This document shows, one piece after another, positions 54,872 through 64,000 of a stretch of 64,000 nt of DNA. Within the stretch, counting starts at the first letter, position 1. Every line of letters starts with the position of its first letter. The position numbers and the translations under genes are program-made. Below the pieces are notes generated by a model that was not told where the DNA came from, searched no databases, and saw nothing but the letters and a program-made list of their open reading frames with translations. Origin of the DNA: Marine Group II euryarchaeote MED-G37 (GTDB lineage: Archaea > Thermoplasmatota > Poseidoniia > Poseidoniales > Thalassarchaeaceae); assembly GCA_002457555.1 (NCBI GenBank), contig NTJQ01000002.1, forward strand, positions 64,122 through 128,121, given 5' to 3'.

Positions 54872-55642
54872 TTACGACATGAGTCTCTTTACAACAGCTA
54901 AATTTAGGCTTATCGGAATCAGCCTGTTTGCATAGGGAATTGGCTTGTTCAACAATCCAGGGATTACTTCTCTTCTGCCTTTACGCATAGCTTTGACCGC
55001 GGTCTTGGCTACCTTCTCTGCTGGAACGGCTCCAGATAATTCTAGAGCGCCTAAATCCATTCCAGCAACCTCTTGGAAGCCGGTCTCAACGAAACCGGGG
55101 CAGAGGGCAGTTACCGATACTCCACTTTTCTTCAACTCAGAATGTAAAGCGCGTGTGTAAGATAGAACGTAGGCCTTTGTTGCACAATATACCGCCATTT
55201 TTGGCCCTGGTTGATACCCTGCAATTGAAGCAACGTTCAGTATCTTCCCCGAACCCTGTTTTTTCATCTCTGCTCCATAATGGCGAGCTAAGTGAGTCAA
55301 GGCTCTAATATTCAGGTCAATCATGTTGAGTTGCCCCTCTTGGTTGAGGCTCAAATGCTCACCGTTAAATCCGAAACCAGCATTATTGACGAGTATGTCA
55401 ATCTCTCCGGCGTCCCTAATCAAATTCTCTACCCCTACCTGTTCAGAGAGATCAGATACGACTACTTTTACTTCGATAGAATGTCTATCAGTCAACTCTT
55501 TTGCAAGAGATTCTAGTTCTGCTTTTCTTCTAGCGGTAATCACTAGATCACATCCCTGTGAACCCAATACTCTCGCAATTTCTCGGCCTATTCCGCTAGA
55601 TGCACCTGTGACCAAGGCCTTCTCCTTCTGAGGTGATAACAT
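54872..55642 (-). CDS. Short-chain dehydrogenase/reductase (classical SDR)
   Basis: VTGASSGIGREIA, NNAG and the catalytic Y..K in YCATKAY are present. Confidence 0.85.
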   Translation of the reverse strand: MLSPQKEKALVTGASSGIGREIARVLGSQGCDLVITARRKAELESLAKELTDRHSIEVKVVVSDLSEQVGVENLIRDAGEIDILVNNAGFGFNGEHLSLNQEGQLNMIDLNIRALTHLARHYGAEMKKQGSGKILNVASIAGYQPGPKMAVYCATKAYVLSYTRALHSELKKSGVSVTALCPGFVETGFQEVAGMDLGALELSGAVPAEKVAKTAVKAMRKGRREVIPGLLNKPIPYANRLIPISLNLAVVKRLMS

Positions 55643-55871
55643 GATCTCCGAATAGATGACTTAGTAATCAACTGATTCGTCCTCTTATCCAGTGTAATTA
55701 TTGCATTGTTGACACTCTAAATGAAATTATTGATAAACCCTCAATGCTACTGTATGTGTTACCTCTGCGCGGTTTTGATTAGACGGGTAAAATACCTCCT
55801 TTTTGGATTTTGAACAGTTGTTCAATTTCAAACGAGCCGCCTAATGGATTGACTAATTGGGAAGGAAAATT

Positions 55872-56477
55872 ATGGTTACAAATACAATTGGAAGACAAAG
55901 CTGGACATTGACTGTTGTGCGCGACTTCAAGTCGTCACTTGACGAAGAAATCGAGTGGGAGGAATTCTACTATGGAAGAACCTCAGAAGAATTGGAAGAC
56001 AAAGAAAGAACGCCTAAGCATCTCCCATCAGGATTAGTATATTTGCTTACAAGAGCGAATTTGATATCAGAAGCATTAGAATCTGGATTCGTTGCAGAAA
56101 TGTCCTCGTATCCTAAAATCGGTGACGATTGGCTTCGTTTCGAAAGGATAGCTATGGCTTCAATAGTTCCCCCGTTTGGTCCTACCGTTGCTCGCTATGT
56201 TGTTGAAGATGGAGAAGATTCTATTGAAATGGTCGAATTAATGTGTAGGGGAGAGTTACTTCCACTCAAACTTTGGATTCGTGTATTAGAATTAGATTGC
56301 TCAACAATGGCCTGGTTAATTGAGTCGGAGCTATCTGTTGGAAGACACAAATCCCAAACTACTCTTGATGATTGGTGTGAAATCGGAGATGTTACTAGGG
56401 CTGCAAGATTCAAACCATGGATGCGGAAGCAACTACCTCTACCTGGACCCCCTCAAGAATCATACAAATTCCGTTGA
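55872..56477 (+). CDS. Hypothetical protein
   Basis: The protein is 201 aa from the ATG at 55872, with an acidic composition like its neighbours. I recognise no motif. Confidence 0.4.
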   Translation: MVTNTIGRQSWTLTVVRDFKSSLDEEIEWEEFYYGRTSEELEDKERTPKHLPSGLVYLLTRANLISEALESGFVAEMSSYPKIGDDWLRFERIAMASIVPPFGPTVARYVVEDGEDSIEMVELMCRGELLPLKLWIRVLELDCSTMAWLIESELSVGRHKSQTTLDDWCEIGDVTRAARFKPWMRKQLPLPGPPQESYKFR

Positions 56478-56512
56478 GAATATTGATGGGCGTTCGATTT
56501 TCGGGACAATAC

Positions 56513-57148
56513 ATGTCTGAGCACTCACAACAACAGAAACTGATCGCCGAATTCATTGGAACTTTCTTCCTTGCCCTGACAATTTGTACCGCCGCCGTAC
56601 ACGGCTCTGCGGGAGATTATGCCCCGTTTGCAATAGCCGCGACCTTGATGGTAATGATTTACGGAGTTGGCCACATATCCGGAGCCCACTTCAATCCCGC
56701 TGTAACCGTTGCAATATGGTTACGAGGTGCCTGTGAGAAGGACGATGTTGCTCCTTACATCGCAGTCCAGATAATTGCCGGAGCATTGGCTGCACTTGCA
56801 TCTGAGAACATATTGTTTGCAGAAACTAGTGTCACGGCTCTAGAAATGGATACCACTCAAGCTCTCGGTGCTGAGTTCCTCTACACCTTCGCGCTTGTCT
56901 TTGTTATCCTCAATGTCGCTACTAGTGAGGCAACCGAGGGTAACGGATACTATGGGGCTGCAATCGCCTTCGTGGTACTAGCTGGCGCATTGACAGTTGG
57001 TGGAATCTCTGGTGGATCCTTCAATCCGGCTGTAACCGGCGCTTTATTCGTATCAGGGGTCGTCGAGGTTGCCGATTTGTGGATACATCTAGTGCCACAA
57101 TTCATTGCAGGAATATTGGCAGTTCAGGCATTCAAAGCGACTCAATAA
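56513..57148 (+). CDS. Aquaporin / MIP-family channel
   Basis: Two NPA boxes (HISGAHFNPAVT, GGSFNPAVT) and six TM helices are present. The start is set at ATG 56513. Confidence 0.85.
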   Translation: MSEHSQQQKLIAEFIGTFFLALTICTAAVHGSAGDYAPFAIAATLMVMIYGVGHISGAHFNPAVTVAIWLRGACEKDDVAPYIAVQIIAGALAALASENILFAETSVTALEMDTTQALGAEFLYTFALVFVILNVATSEATEGNGYYGAAIAFVVLAGALTVGGISGGSFNPAVTGALFVSGVVEVADLWIHLVPQFIAGILAVQAFKATQ

Positions 57149-57153
57149 ACCAT

Positions 57154-57357
57154 CTAGAATAATCCATATGTGTCATCTAGGAAGTACGCTAACAGCCCTA
57201 GTGGGATTGCATAATAGAGAATTTTCAGTATCAATCTGATACCGGAAGGTATGTCGCTGTAATTTTTCATTATTTCATTAAACAGAAGGCCAATACCCTC
57301 AGCAATTCCACCTGGCACGCCTAATCGAATTGATACAAGGCTTTCAAAGAAACTCAA
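57154..57357 (-). CDS. Tiny membrane protein, paralog B (co-oriented behind icmF)
   Basis: The C-terminus YYAIPLGLLAYFLDDTYGLF matches paralog A. The start is TTG, 8 nt after the upstream stop. Confidence 0.55.
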   Translation of the reverse strand: MSFFESLVSIRLGVPGGIAEGIGLLFNEIMKNYSDIPSGIRLILKILYYAIPLGLLAYFLDDTYGLF

Positions 57358-57365
57358 TAATTATC

Positions 57366-57524
57366 TTAGATTAACCCGAAAGTGTCATCCAGATAATATA
57401 TCAAAATTCCAAGAGGAATCGCATAAAATAAGAAATTCAAGAGGAATTGTACTGGTCTAGGTAAATCCTTGAAGTTATTGAACATATAATCCAAAACTGC
57501 TGGGATTATCTCCTGTATTGGCAT
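57366..57524 (-). CDS. Tiny membrane protein, paralog A (52 aa, absent from the ORF track)
   Basis: My manual translation is MPIQEIIPAVLDYMFNNFKDLPRPVQFLLNFLFYAIPLGILIYYLDDTFGLI. The ATG at 57524 is 5 nt after the icmF stop. It is clearly similar to 57154-57357. Confidence 0.6.
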   Translation of the reverse strand: MPIQEIIPAVLDYMFNNFKDLPRPVQFLLNFLFYAIPLGILIYYLDDTFGLI

Positions 57525-57529
57525 ATATA

Positions 57530-60500
57530 TCACATATTCCTACGGAACTTTCCACCTGTCTCAAACAAAGCCTGAGTCACTTGACCCACGGAACAAAATT
57601 CGACAATATCCATCATTACTTCGAAGAGATTTCCACCATCTCTTGCAACCTGCTTTAGTCTTGCCAGACCTTCCTCGGCTTTCTCCTTATTTTCTTCTTT
57701 GAAGGCTTCATTCCGCTCGATTACCATCTTCTTTTCGCCTTCATCCGAACGAGTTACATCCATGTCGAATGAGTCAGCTTCATCCGCTGAAAGGCTAGCA
57801 GCATCCGGATTAGTGAAAGTATTCACTCCAATTATTGGTAATTCACCAGAATGTTTTCTGTGCTCGTAGACCATCGATTCGTCCTGGATTCTGTTACGCT
57901 GATAATTGACTTCCAAGGAACCTAAGACACCACCTCGTCGGTGCATCTCTTCAAAGATTCTCAGAATTTCTTCCTCGACTTTTTCGGTTAACCAAGTAGA
58001 GAGGTGAGAACCCTGCATTGGGTTCTCGTTGGCTAGCAATCCATATTCCTTGGATAGAATCATTTGGATTGCGATTGAATCCCTAACTGTTTCTTCGGTT
58101 GGTGTTCCAAAGGCTTCGTCACGTGAGTTAGTATGGAGAGAGTTGGCATTATCTGCTAGAGCGTAGAGCGCCTGAAGTGTAGTCCTGTAGTCATTGAACG
58201 TAAACTCCTGTGCGTGTAAACTTCTACCACTGGATTGAATGTGATATTTTAGTTGCTGACCACGATGACCTACTCCGTAAATATCGCGCATCGCAATTGA
58301 CCAAATTCGACGAGCGACCCTACCAATTACGGCGTATTCGGGGTCCATTCCATTCGAGAAGAACCAACTAAAGTTTCTAAGGAATTTATCTGGGTCCAAA
58401 CCTCTTGCTCTGAATAATTCAACATAGGTTAGCCCATTGCTTAGAGTAAGCGCCGCTTGTGTTATGGGGTTGGCTCCTGCTTCGGCAATATGGTACCCTG
58501 AAATCGAAACAAAGTAGTGATTGCGGATGTTGTTCTGAACGTAATATTCGGCTACATCACCCATCATTCTCAGTGCAGTATCTAGATTGAAAACAAGGGT
58601 ATTCTGCCCCATTGATTCCTTCAGTTGATCAGCCTGAACAGTACCTCTGACATTGTTCAATGCCCAGGCCTTTAGTTCCTGATACTCTTCTTCATTTGGC
58701 TCTCGTCCGTTTTCCTTCTCGAACTTACGAACTTGCTGTTTGATTGCTACATTGAAGAAGGCCGCAAGGTGCCACCAATAGTTTCCATTGATGGTTTTTG
58801 ATGTCGATGTGTTTGGGGCACAAAGGTCGAAGCCTTCGAACAGCGTATCCATCTCATCTACGGTGCTTATGCTGACGCCCGATTCGCAGACCTTTCCAAA
58901 GATATCCAGTCTCGTTTGCGGGTCTCTACCATACAGAGAAGGAGAATCGAAAGCCGTACTAAGTCGATTGAATGGTTGGCCTTCGGAAAGGAAATGGAAT
59001 CTCTTGTTTGTTCTCTCGGCGCTACCTTCTCCCGCAAACATGCGCAAAGGAATTTCATCTTCGCGCTTGAATGGGAAAACTCCAGCAGTGAAGGGAAATG
59101 CTCCAGGGACGTTTTCAGAGCGAACCCACTGCATCTTATCGCCCCAGTCATCTGAATCAGGAAGGGCTACGCGTGGTAGGTCGAGACCACTGAGGGTTTC
59201 AGTGGTAGTTTCGACTGGAATCTCCTTGTCTCTTACGGTATAGGATGCATTACCTGAACGATAAGCCGCAGCCCGTTCGTCGAATTCTTTCAGCATCTGC
59301 CAAGCGGAATCTGGTACCCGCTTGCGGATTTCTTCGGCTTCTGCCGTTAAGTCAGCGGCTGAAGTTAATCGGTTTGACTTACGCATCTGTTGAGCGGCAG
59401 CATCCAGTTGCTGAACCAGTCGTACATTTCTGGAGGTCTCTTCTGTTCTAGCATGGTAATCTCGAACAGATGCGGCTACCTCTGCTAGGTATCCTTGTCT
59501 TTCAGGTGGTATTGGTGCAGATCGATGCGGTAGACCATCAGCACCCAGTCTCGCCTCAGCCGCATCGAATGATTGTCCATGTTCTTGGTTTAGCAAGCCT
59601 GCTAATTTTTGCCAGAGTAGATCTACACCTGCATCGGCAAACTGACTAGCAATAGTCGGTATAACTGGTAAATCCTCATTCTTTGCATCCCACATCTCTC
59701 GATTGCGCTTGAACTGCTTTCGAATTTCTGTTAGCGCATCTTCAGCCCCAGGTCGATCGAATTTGTTTAGCACCACTAGATCTGCGAAATCAAGCGCTGC
59801 AAGTTTCTCCAATTGGGAGGGGGCGCCGTACTCTCTAGTTGTGACATACATCGACAGATCGGCTACCTCTGTGATTGCATCATTGCCTTGGCCTATACCA
59901 CTGGTCTCGACTAAAATTAGGTCGAAGCCGACGGCTTGACAGGCTTCAATTGCCCTACCTATACAATCTGCAATCTCTCTTCCACTAGCTCTGCTAGCAA
60001 ATGAACGCATGAACAGATTATCATCTGCTAGACTATTCATTCGAATTCTATCGCCAAGTAATGCGCCACCGGTTCTCTTACGAGTTGGGTCGGTGGCGAG
60101 AAGAGCGACTTTAGCTCCTGGATTATCACGTTGTATACGCAACATCAACTCATCAGTAAGACTCGATTTACCTGCTCCACCGGTTCCAGTCAATCCCACA
60201 ACGGGGCATCCTGAATCAGCATCAACAGAACGAACCCTCCGTAGAACCGCTTGAAATTCTGAATCCTCCGCATTTTCAGCCATTGTTAGCAACTTCGATA
60301 CAGAACCGTGGTCATCAGCGCTAATTGCCTCACTTAGCGAATTGAATCTAGATTTCTCAAGTAGATTGATTTTTCCAGCTTCTTCGATTGCGTTTCCAAC
60401 CATACCGGTTAGCCCCATCTCTCTACCATCGTCCGGAGAATAGATGCGAGCAATCCCTTCATCTCTGAGTTTCTTTATTTCCCAAGGGAGGATAGTTCCT

Positions 60501-60787
60501 CCTCCGCCTCCACAAAGGAAAATGTGATCGAATCCAGCTTCATCCAGTATCTCTTTGGTGTGAGCGAACATTTCCACGGCACCTCCTTGATAGGAAGTAA
60601 TAGCGATAGCGTGCGCATCTTCTTGGATAGCCGCTCTTGCAACCTCATCAGCTCCGCGATCGTGACCCAAATGGATGACTTCACAACCCATAGATTGGAA
60701 GATTCTGCGGAAGATACCAATCGCTGCATCATGGCCATCAAAGATGGCCGCAGCCGTAACTACTCGCAGCGGAGCATCCTCTGCCAT
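57530..60787 (-). CDS. icmF: Fused isobutyryl-CoA mutase IcmF (B12-binding domain, MeaB-like GTPase, mutase TIM barrel)
   Basis: The N-terminal B12 motif is DGHDAAIGI (DxHxxG). The central P-loop is GLTGTGGAGKSSL, with NKFD. The C-terminal ~580 aa form a mutase substrate domain. The total of 1085 aa fits IcmF. Confidence 0.85.
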   Translation of the reverse strand: MAEDAPLRVVTAAAIFDGHDAAIGIFRRIFQSMGCEVIHLGHDRGADEVARAAIQEDAHAIAITSYQGGAVEMFAHTKEILDEAGFDHIFLCGGGGGTILPWEIKKLRDEGIARIYSPDDGREMGLTGMVGNAIEEAGKINLLEKSRFNSLSEAISADDHGSVSKLLTMAENAEDSEFQAVLRRVRSVDADSGCPVVGLTGTGGAGKSSLTDELMLRIQRDNPGAKVALLATDPTRKRTGGALLGDRIRMNSLADDNLFMRSFASRASGREIADCIGRAIEACQAVGFDLILVETSGIGQGNDAITEVADLSMYVTTREYGAPSQLEKLAALDFADLVVLNKFDRPGAEDALTEIRKQFKRNREMWDAKNEDLPVIPTIASQFADAGVDLLWQKLAGLLNQEHGQSFDAAEARLGADGLPHRSAPIPPERQGYLAEVAASVRDYHARTEETSRNVRLVQQLDAAAQQMRKSNRLTSAADLTAEAEEIRKRVPDSAWQMLKEFDERAAAYRSGNASYTVRDKEIPVETTTETLSGLDLPRVALPDSDDWGDKMQWVRSENVPGAFPFTAGVFPFKREDEIPLRMFAGEGSAERTNKRFHFLSEGQPFNRLSTAFDSPSLYGRDPQTRLDIFGKVCESGVSISTVDEMDTLFEGFDLCAPNTSTSKTINGNYWWHLAAFFNVAIKQQVRKFEKENGREPNEEEYQELKAWALNNVRGTVQADQLKESMGQNTLVFNLDTALRMMGDVAEYYVQNNIRNHYFVSISGYHIAEAGANPITQAALTLSNGLTYVELFRARGLDPDKFLRNFSWFFSNGMDPEYAVIGRVARRIWSIAMRDIYGVGHRGQQLKYHIQSSGRSLHAQEFTFNDYRTTLQALYALADNANSLHTNSRDEAFGTPTEETVRDSIAIQMILSKEYGLLANENPMQGSHLSTWLTEKVEEEILRIFEEMHRRGGVLGSLEVNYQRNRIQDESMVYEHRKHSGELPIIGVNTFTNPDAASLSADEADSFDMDVTRSDEGEKKMVIERNEAFKEENKEKAEEGLARLKQVARDGGNLFEVMMDIVEFCSVGQVTQALFETGGKFRRNM

Positions 60788-61132
60788 GGTATGTCGAAGA
60801 ATAATTCACTCATCAATCAACCGACATTCGATGAGCATAGATTAGGAACTAATTCTTGACGGTTTTTTGCGGAATTAGGCTGTTTTCTTCACTGAAATCG
60901 TTGTATTCAATACCTATCGAAGAAGCCTTTCGTACTGTATCTGACAAACTTTGGTAGTAATTCGTGTTTTCATCAACAGCGTCAAAGAAGTAGGGGAAAT
61001 CCACGTCATCAGCAACCTCTGCTTCAGTAATCGCTTCAAAACTTCGAAGTCTCTTGTTGATTTTCCAAATTGTTCTCTCATTCGAAGGCCTCTGAAGTTA
61101 GATTGATTCGGCCAAAATTTCACCTATGACGG

Positions 61133-61633
61133 GTGAGTATTGAAGATATGAAGCACAGTCGAAGAAATATGTCTGGAGACACTACGGGGTATGTTTGCCC
61201 TCGTGATGGCACGAATTTGGTGCCTCCTTCAGCATCCGAAAGGTCAGCATACATTCGCAATGGTATTCATCACTGTGACACCTGCTCTGGAATGTTGCTA
61301 AATGCCGATGCAGCAGCCTCATCATTTTGCTCGGAGAAACTGCAAGAGATGCATGAGGGATTCGTCGAAGAAGGAACGCCTGACGATATTGATTGTCCAT
61401 TTTGTGAATCTCAAATGAAAGTTCGAAGCTTCTCATTTCGACGCTTGGACGGCAGTCTAACAGAGCCGATTGAAATCGACGGCTGCCCTAGTTGTAGCTC
61501 ATTTTGGTTGGATGCTGATGAACTTCATCGCCTTTCTCCTCCATCAAATGGGAGCAGTGACGCCAAAGTTGAGGCAAATGCGCTGGCAGTTGTGCTGGAG
61601 ATACTTCTACAATTGCCTGTTGTTTTTGTGTAG
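61133..61633 (+). CDS. Double zinc-ribbon protein (zf-TFIIB-like domains)
   Basis: Two modules are present: CPRDGTNL....CDTCSGMLL and CPFCESQM.....IDGCPSCSSFWLDADELHRL. The start is GTG, with an alternative ATG at 61148. Confidence 0.55.
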   Translation: MSIEDMKHSRRNMSGDTTGYVCPRDGTNLVPPSASERSAYIRNGIHHCDTCSGMLLNADAAASSFCSEKLQEMHEGFVEEGTPDDIDCPFCESQMKVRSFSFRRLDGSLTEPIEIDGCPSCSSFWLDADELHRLSPPSNGSSDAKVEANALAVVLEILLQLPVVFV

Positions 61634-61635
61634 TT

Positions 61636-62256
61636 TCATAGATAATCGATGTACAAAAGTGCAGCGAATAAAAACATCAAAATCCCCATTGCCGCATCGA
61701 TTCTTCGAGCCTGAGCACGTAGTTTCGAAACCCCATCCCCCCTCGTCAATAGGGTAGCCACGGTGACATACCAAGTTCCATCTATTGTCATCCCCAGAAG
61801 TCCCATGCCAAACAGAGTCTCAGTGCTGATATTTGCTTCAATGAAGGGAGCGTAAAGTGCCAACATCCAAGCGAGAATTTTTGGATTAAGCAAGGCGATA
61901 GCAAAGCCTTGTAGGAAACCAGCTCGATCAGATGGTCCATGATCCTCATCAGTGGATTTGTAGGCTTCGCCCATTGAAGCCTTTAGGAAATTATACCCGA
62001 GCCAAAGCAATAGTACGATTCCTCCCCACTTCAGAATTTGCTCGGTAGAATCGTGCAAAGACAATGCGGTGGCTATGCCAGCAGCAGCTAGAAATGCGTA
62101 GATTCCAAAGCCAATTCCATGACCAATCCCCGTCATTACTCCTTGTCTTCGACCCCCTATCATGGTATTACGTAGAACCACTGCTAGGCTAGGGCCGGGG
62201 CTCATCGCCCCTAGCATAAACACGGTAGCCAAAGCGACCCATGCCTCGGGGTTCAT
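61636..62256 (-). CDS. LysE/RhtB-family amino-acid exporter
   Basis: The N-terminus has MSPGPS, six TM helices follow, and length is 206 aa. Confidence 0.75.
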   Translation of the reverse strand: MNPEAWVALATVFMLGAMSPGPSLAVVLRNTMIGGRRQGVMTGIGHGIGFGIYAFLAAAGIATALSLHDSTEQILKWGGIVLLLWLGYNFLKASMGEAYKSTDEDHGPSDRAGFLQGFAIALLNPKILAWMLALYAPFIEANISTETLFGMGLLGMTIDGTWYVTVATLLTRGDGVSKLRAQARRIDAAMGILMFLFAALLYIDYL

Positions 62257-62267
62257 TGAACCACCGA

Positions 62268-64000
62268 TTATGCGCCTGCGTACATCTCTTCGATCTCAGT
62301 CGCCCAGTTCTCACGAATCTGCTTTCTTCGAATCTTCAGAGTAGGTGTCAACTCACCTTGGTCAACTCCAAGATCACGAGGTAAAACTGTGAACTTCTTA
62401 ATTTGCTCTGGGTTGCTGAACTTCTTATTCAGTTCCATAACTGCTTCCTCGAGTTGATTGTATATGTCACTACCAACCGCGGTGTACTCTGACAGGTCAT
62501 GACCTAGCTCAGCTAGCTTGGCCAGTTGCTCTGCAGGGTCCTTCGGGACTTCAGTTGCTCCATCTAGGCCGTGAACATCCCTGAGTATGGCTCCCACGTC
62601 GAGAGTGAATAGGGCGCTGCAGTACTTCCTGTTGTCGCCAACAAGCATGCACTGTGAAATAACTGGTATTGACTTCATGGTCTCCTCAATAACAAGAGGC
62701 GCGATGTTCTTTCCTGCGGAGCTGACATAGATTTCCTTCAGTCGACCAGTAACGTAGACGAAACCATCCGAGTCGATCTTTCCAAGGTCACCTGACTTGA
62801 GCCAACCATCCTCGGTCATTGTGTCAGCAGTGGCTTCAGGATTCTTGTAGTAACCCGCCATTACGTGCCTTCCTCTAAATTGGATCTCTCCATTGCCTCC
62901 CTCATCGGGGTCAGCAATCCTAAGCTCAGTGCCCGAGAGCGGTTTTCCGACAGACCCAATCTTGTTAGCGCCGGCATGTCCGAGTGTGGCTCCAGCCGAG
63001 GTCTCTGTCATACCATATCCCTCGAATATGGGAATGCCCAGATCCTGGAAAAGATGCAAGATGTCGGGGTTGATTGGGGCCGCACCAGTAATCGCGAACT
63101 TCAGATTCGTGAAACCGATCTTCTGCTTCGCCTTCTTCCTGACTATGTTCCCAAGGATTGGTAACCTCAGCCAACCAATCTTGCTCCCGAGTCCCGCAAC
63201 TAGGTTGGAGTAGACCTTCTCGTATATTCGAGGTACTCCGATGAACAGGTGGGGGTTGACTTCCTTGCAGTAGTCTATCGAGTGAAGTGGGTTGTCCACT
63301 ACTCTCATGTGTATTGCGTCGCGAATCCAGATATGGTTGTCAGCTAGCTGACCGAAGACATGGGCGCACGGCAGCCAGGAAACATACCCTTCGCCTTGGT
63401 TGAAGGTGACCAGCTTGTGGACTTCTCCAATCTCGAAATCCATGTTGTCGTGGGTCAGAACCACTCCCTTTGGGTTTCCAGTTGTTCCGGATGTGTAAAT
63501 CAGCGAAGCCACATCATCGGGCTTTACAGCAGCGATTCTTTCCATCACAACAGAGTCCGCTAATCCCGCACCCATTGCTATGAATTCGGCCCAAGAAATC
63601 GCCTTGGAGTGGTCCATTTTTACTCCATCCATGACAACGGCCATCTCGACCTTTTCAAGCCCATCAAGTACTGCACTTAGCCTGTTTGAGCACATCTTCG
63701 AAGGGTCGCCACCGTCCATGGGATTGCTTCCTACAAAGACTACCTTGGAATCAGAGTTCCCAACAACCCAGTCAACTTCCTCTGGAGAACATGTGTGGTA
63801 GACACCTACCGCAGCCCCTCCTGCCATGTTAGCAGCGGAGTAGGCTGCGTACCATTCCTTCCTGTTGTATGAGTAGATACTGAGGTTATCTCCGCTTTCG
63901 AAACCCATTGCGATTAGTGATTTCGCTACGTCCATTGTGTAGGCGCTAAACTCGGCCCAGGTGGTAGTGTCCCAATTGCCAGCTGAGTCCTTTGATGACA
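62268..64000 (-). CDS. Long-chain acyl-CoA ligase (AMP-forming), 5' end beyond the window
   Basis: AMP-binding motifs IYTSGTTGNPKGV, GYGMTET, SGDLG and TPTLKIRRK are present. The frame stays open upstream of the track's Met to nt 64000 (..SSKDSAGNWDTTTWAEFSAYTMD..). Confidence 0.85.
   Translation of the reverse strand, partial: SSKDSAGNWDTTTWAEFSAYTMDVAKSLIAMGFESGDNLSIYSYNRKEWYAAYSAANMAGGAAVGVYHTCSPEEVDWVVGNSDSKVVFVGSNPMDGGDPSKMCSNRLSAVLDGLEKVEMAVVMDGVKMDHSKAISWAEFIAMGAGLADSVVMERIAAVKPDDVASLIYTSGTTGNPKGVVLTHDNMDFEIGEVHKLVTFNQGEGYVSWLPCAHVFGQLADNHIWIRDAIHMRVVDNPLHSIDYCKEVNPHLFIGVPRIYEKVYSNLVAGLGSKIGWLRLPILGNIVRKKAKQKIGFTNLKFAITGAAPINPDILHLFQDLGIPIFEGYGMTETSAGATLGHAGANKIGSVGKPLSGTELRIADPDEGGNGEIQFRGRHVMAGYYKNPEATADTMTEDGWLKSGDLGKIDSDGFVYVTGRLKEIYVSSAGKNIAPLVIEETMKSIPVISQCMLVGDNRKYCSALFTLDVGAILRDVHGLDGATEVPKDPAEQLAKLAELGHDLSEYTAVGSDIYNQLEEAVMELNKKFSNPEQIKKFTVLPRDLGVDQGELTPTLKIRRKQIRENWATEIEEMYAGA

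Noticed and set aside
55650-55760. C/D box sRNA in the SDR/hypothetical spacer (GATGA at ~55655, CTGA at ~55671)
   Set aside because: The C box is imperfect (UAGAUGA). I found no convincing C'/D pair and no terminal stem. It fails the box spacing pattern.
60914-61123. 69-aa minus-strand ORF from the track
   Set aside because: Its basic, hydrophobic composition is atypical for this proteome. A different frame over the same DNA looks more protein-like and is reported separately as a low-confidence finding.
1-64000. CRISPR arrays, IS elements, integrases or prophage remnants, including next to the two tRNA-Gly genes
   Set aside because: I saw no spaced direct-repeat arrays, no transposase or integrase-like ORFs, and no tRNA-fragment direct repeats. 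The window looks like core chromosome with some horizontally acquired metabolic genes.

Overview
This is a compact, gene-dense archaeal chromosome segment. About 70 protein genes are separated by short or overlapping junctions, and there are two tRNA-Gly genes and one probable structured ncRNA. The informational genes are archaeal: Orc1/Cdc6, PCNA, TFS, Nop5-fibrillarin, Bud32 and an archaeal-type PPAT/DPCK. The proteome is strongly acidic, and many metabolic genes look bacterial: IcmF, a BoxB-like oxygenase, GlpX with a class I aldolase, Fpg, and a class II photolyase. From this I infer a marine planktonic euryarchaeote of the Marine Group II / Poseidoniales type; I cannot prove that from the sequence alone. 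Acyl-CoA metabolism dominates the window, with three crotonase paralogs, 3-hydroxyacyl-CoA dehydrogenase, aldehyde dehydrogenase, a thioesterase, an acyl-CoA ligase and IcmF. I found no CRISPR array, transposase, integrase or rRNA.

Most worth a second look:
- **37342-39595:** a tightly coupled three-gene operon containing a divergent two-repeat TBP-fold protein and a TatD-like hydrolase.
- **13549-18657:** a BoxB-like diiron acyl-CoA oxygenase inside a beta-oxidation-type operon, with no BoxA or BoxC.
- **21784-25199 and ~25262-25593:** three winged-helix proteins, one of them 872 aa, followed by a repeat-flanked GC-rich ncRNA that may be RNase P RNA.
- **28526-28932:** a candidate replication origin next to orc1/cdc6.
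- **25632-26645:** a PPAT-DPCK fusion.
- **35350-36372:** an EF-Tu-like protein with degenerate GTPase motifs.
- **57154-57524:** two tiny paralogous membrane proteins behind IcmF, one of them absent from the ORF track.

All functional calls rest on motif recognition by eye and have not been checked by any search.
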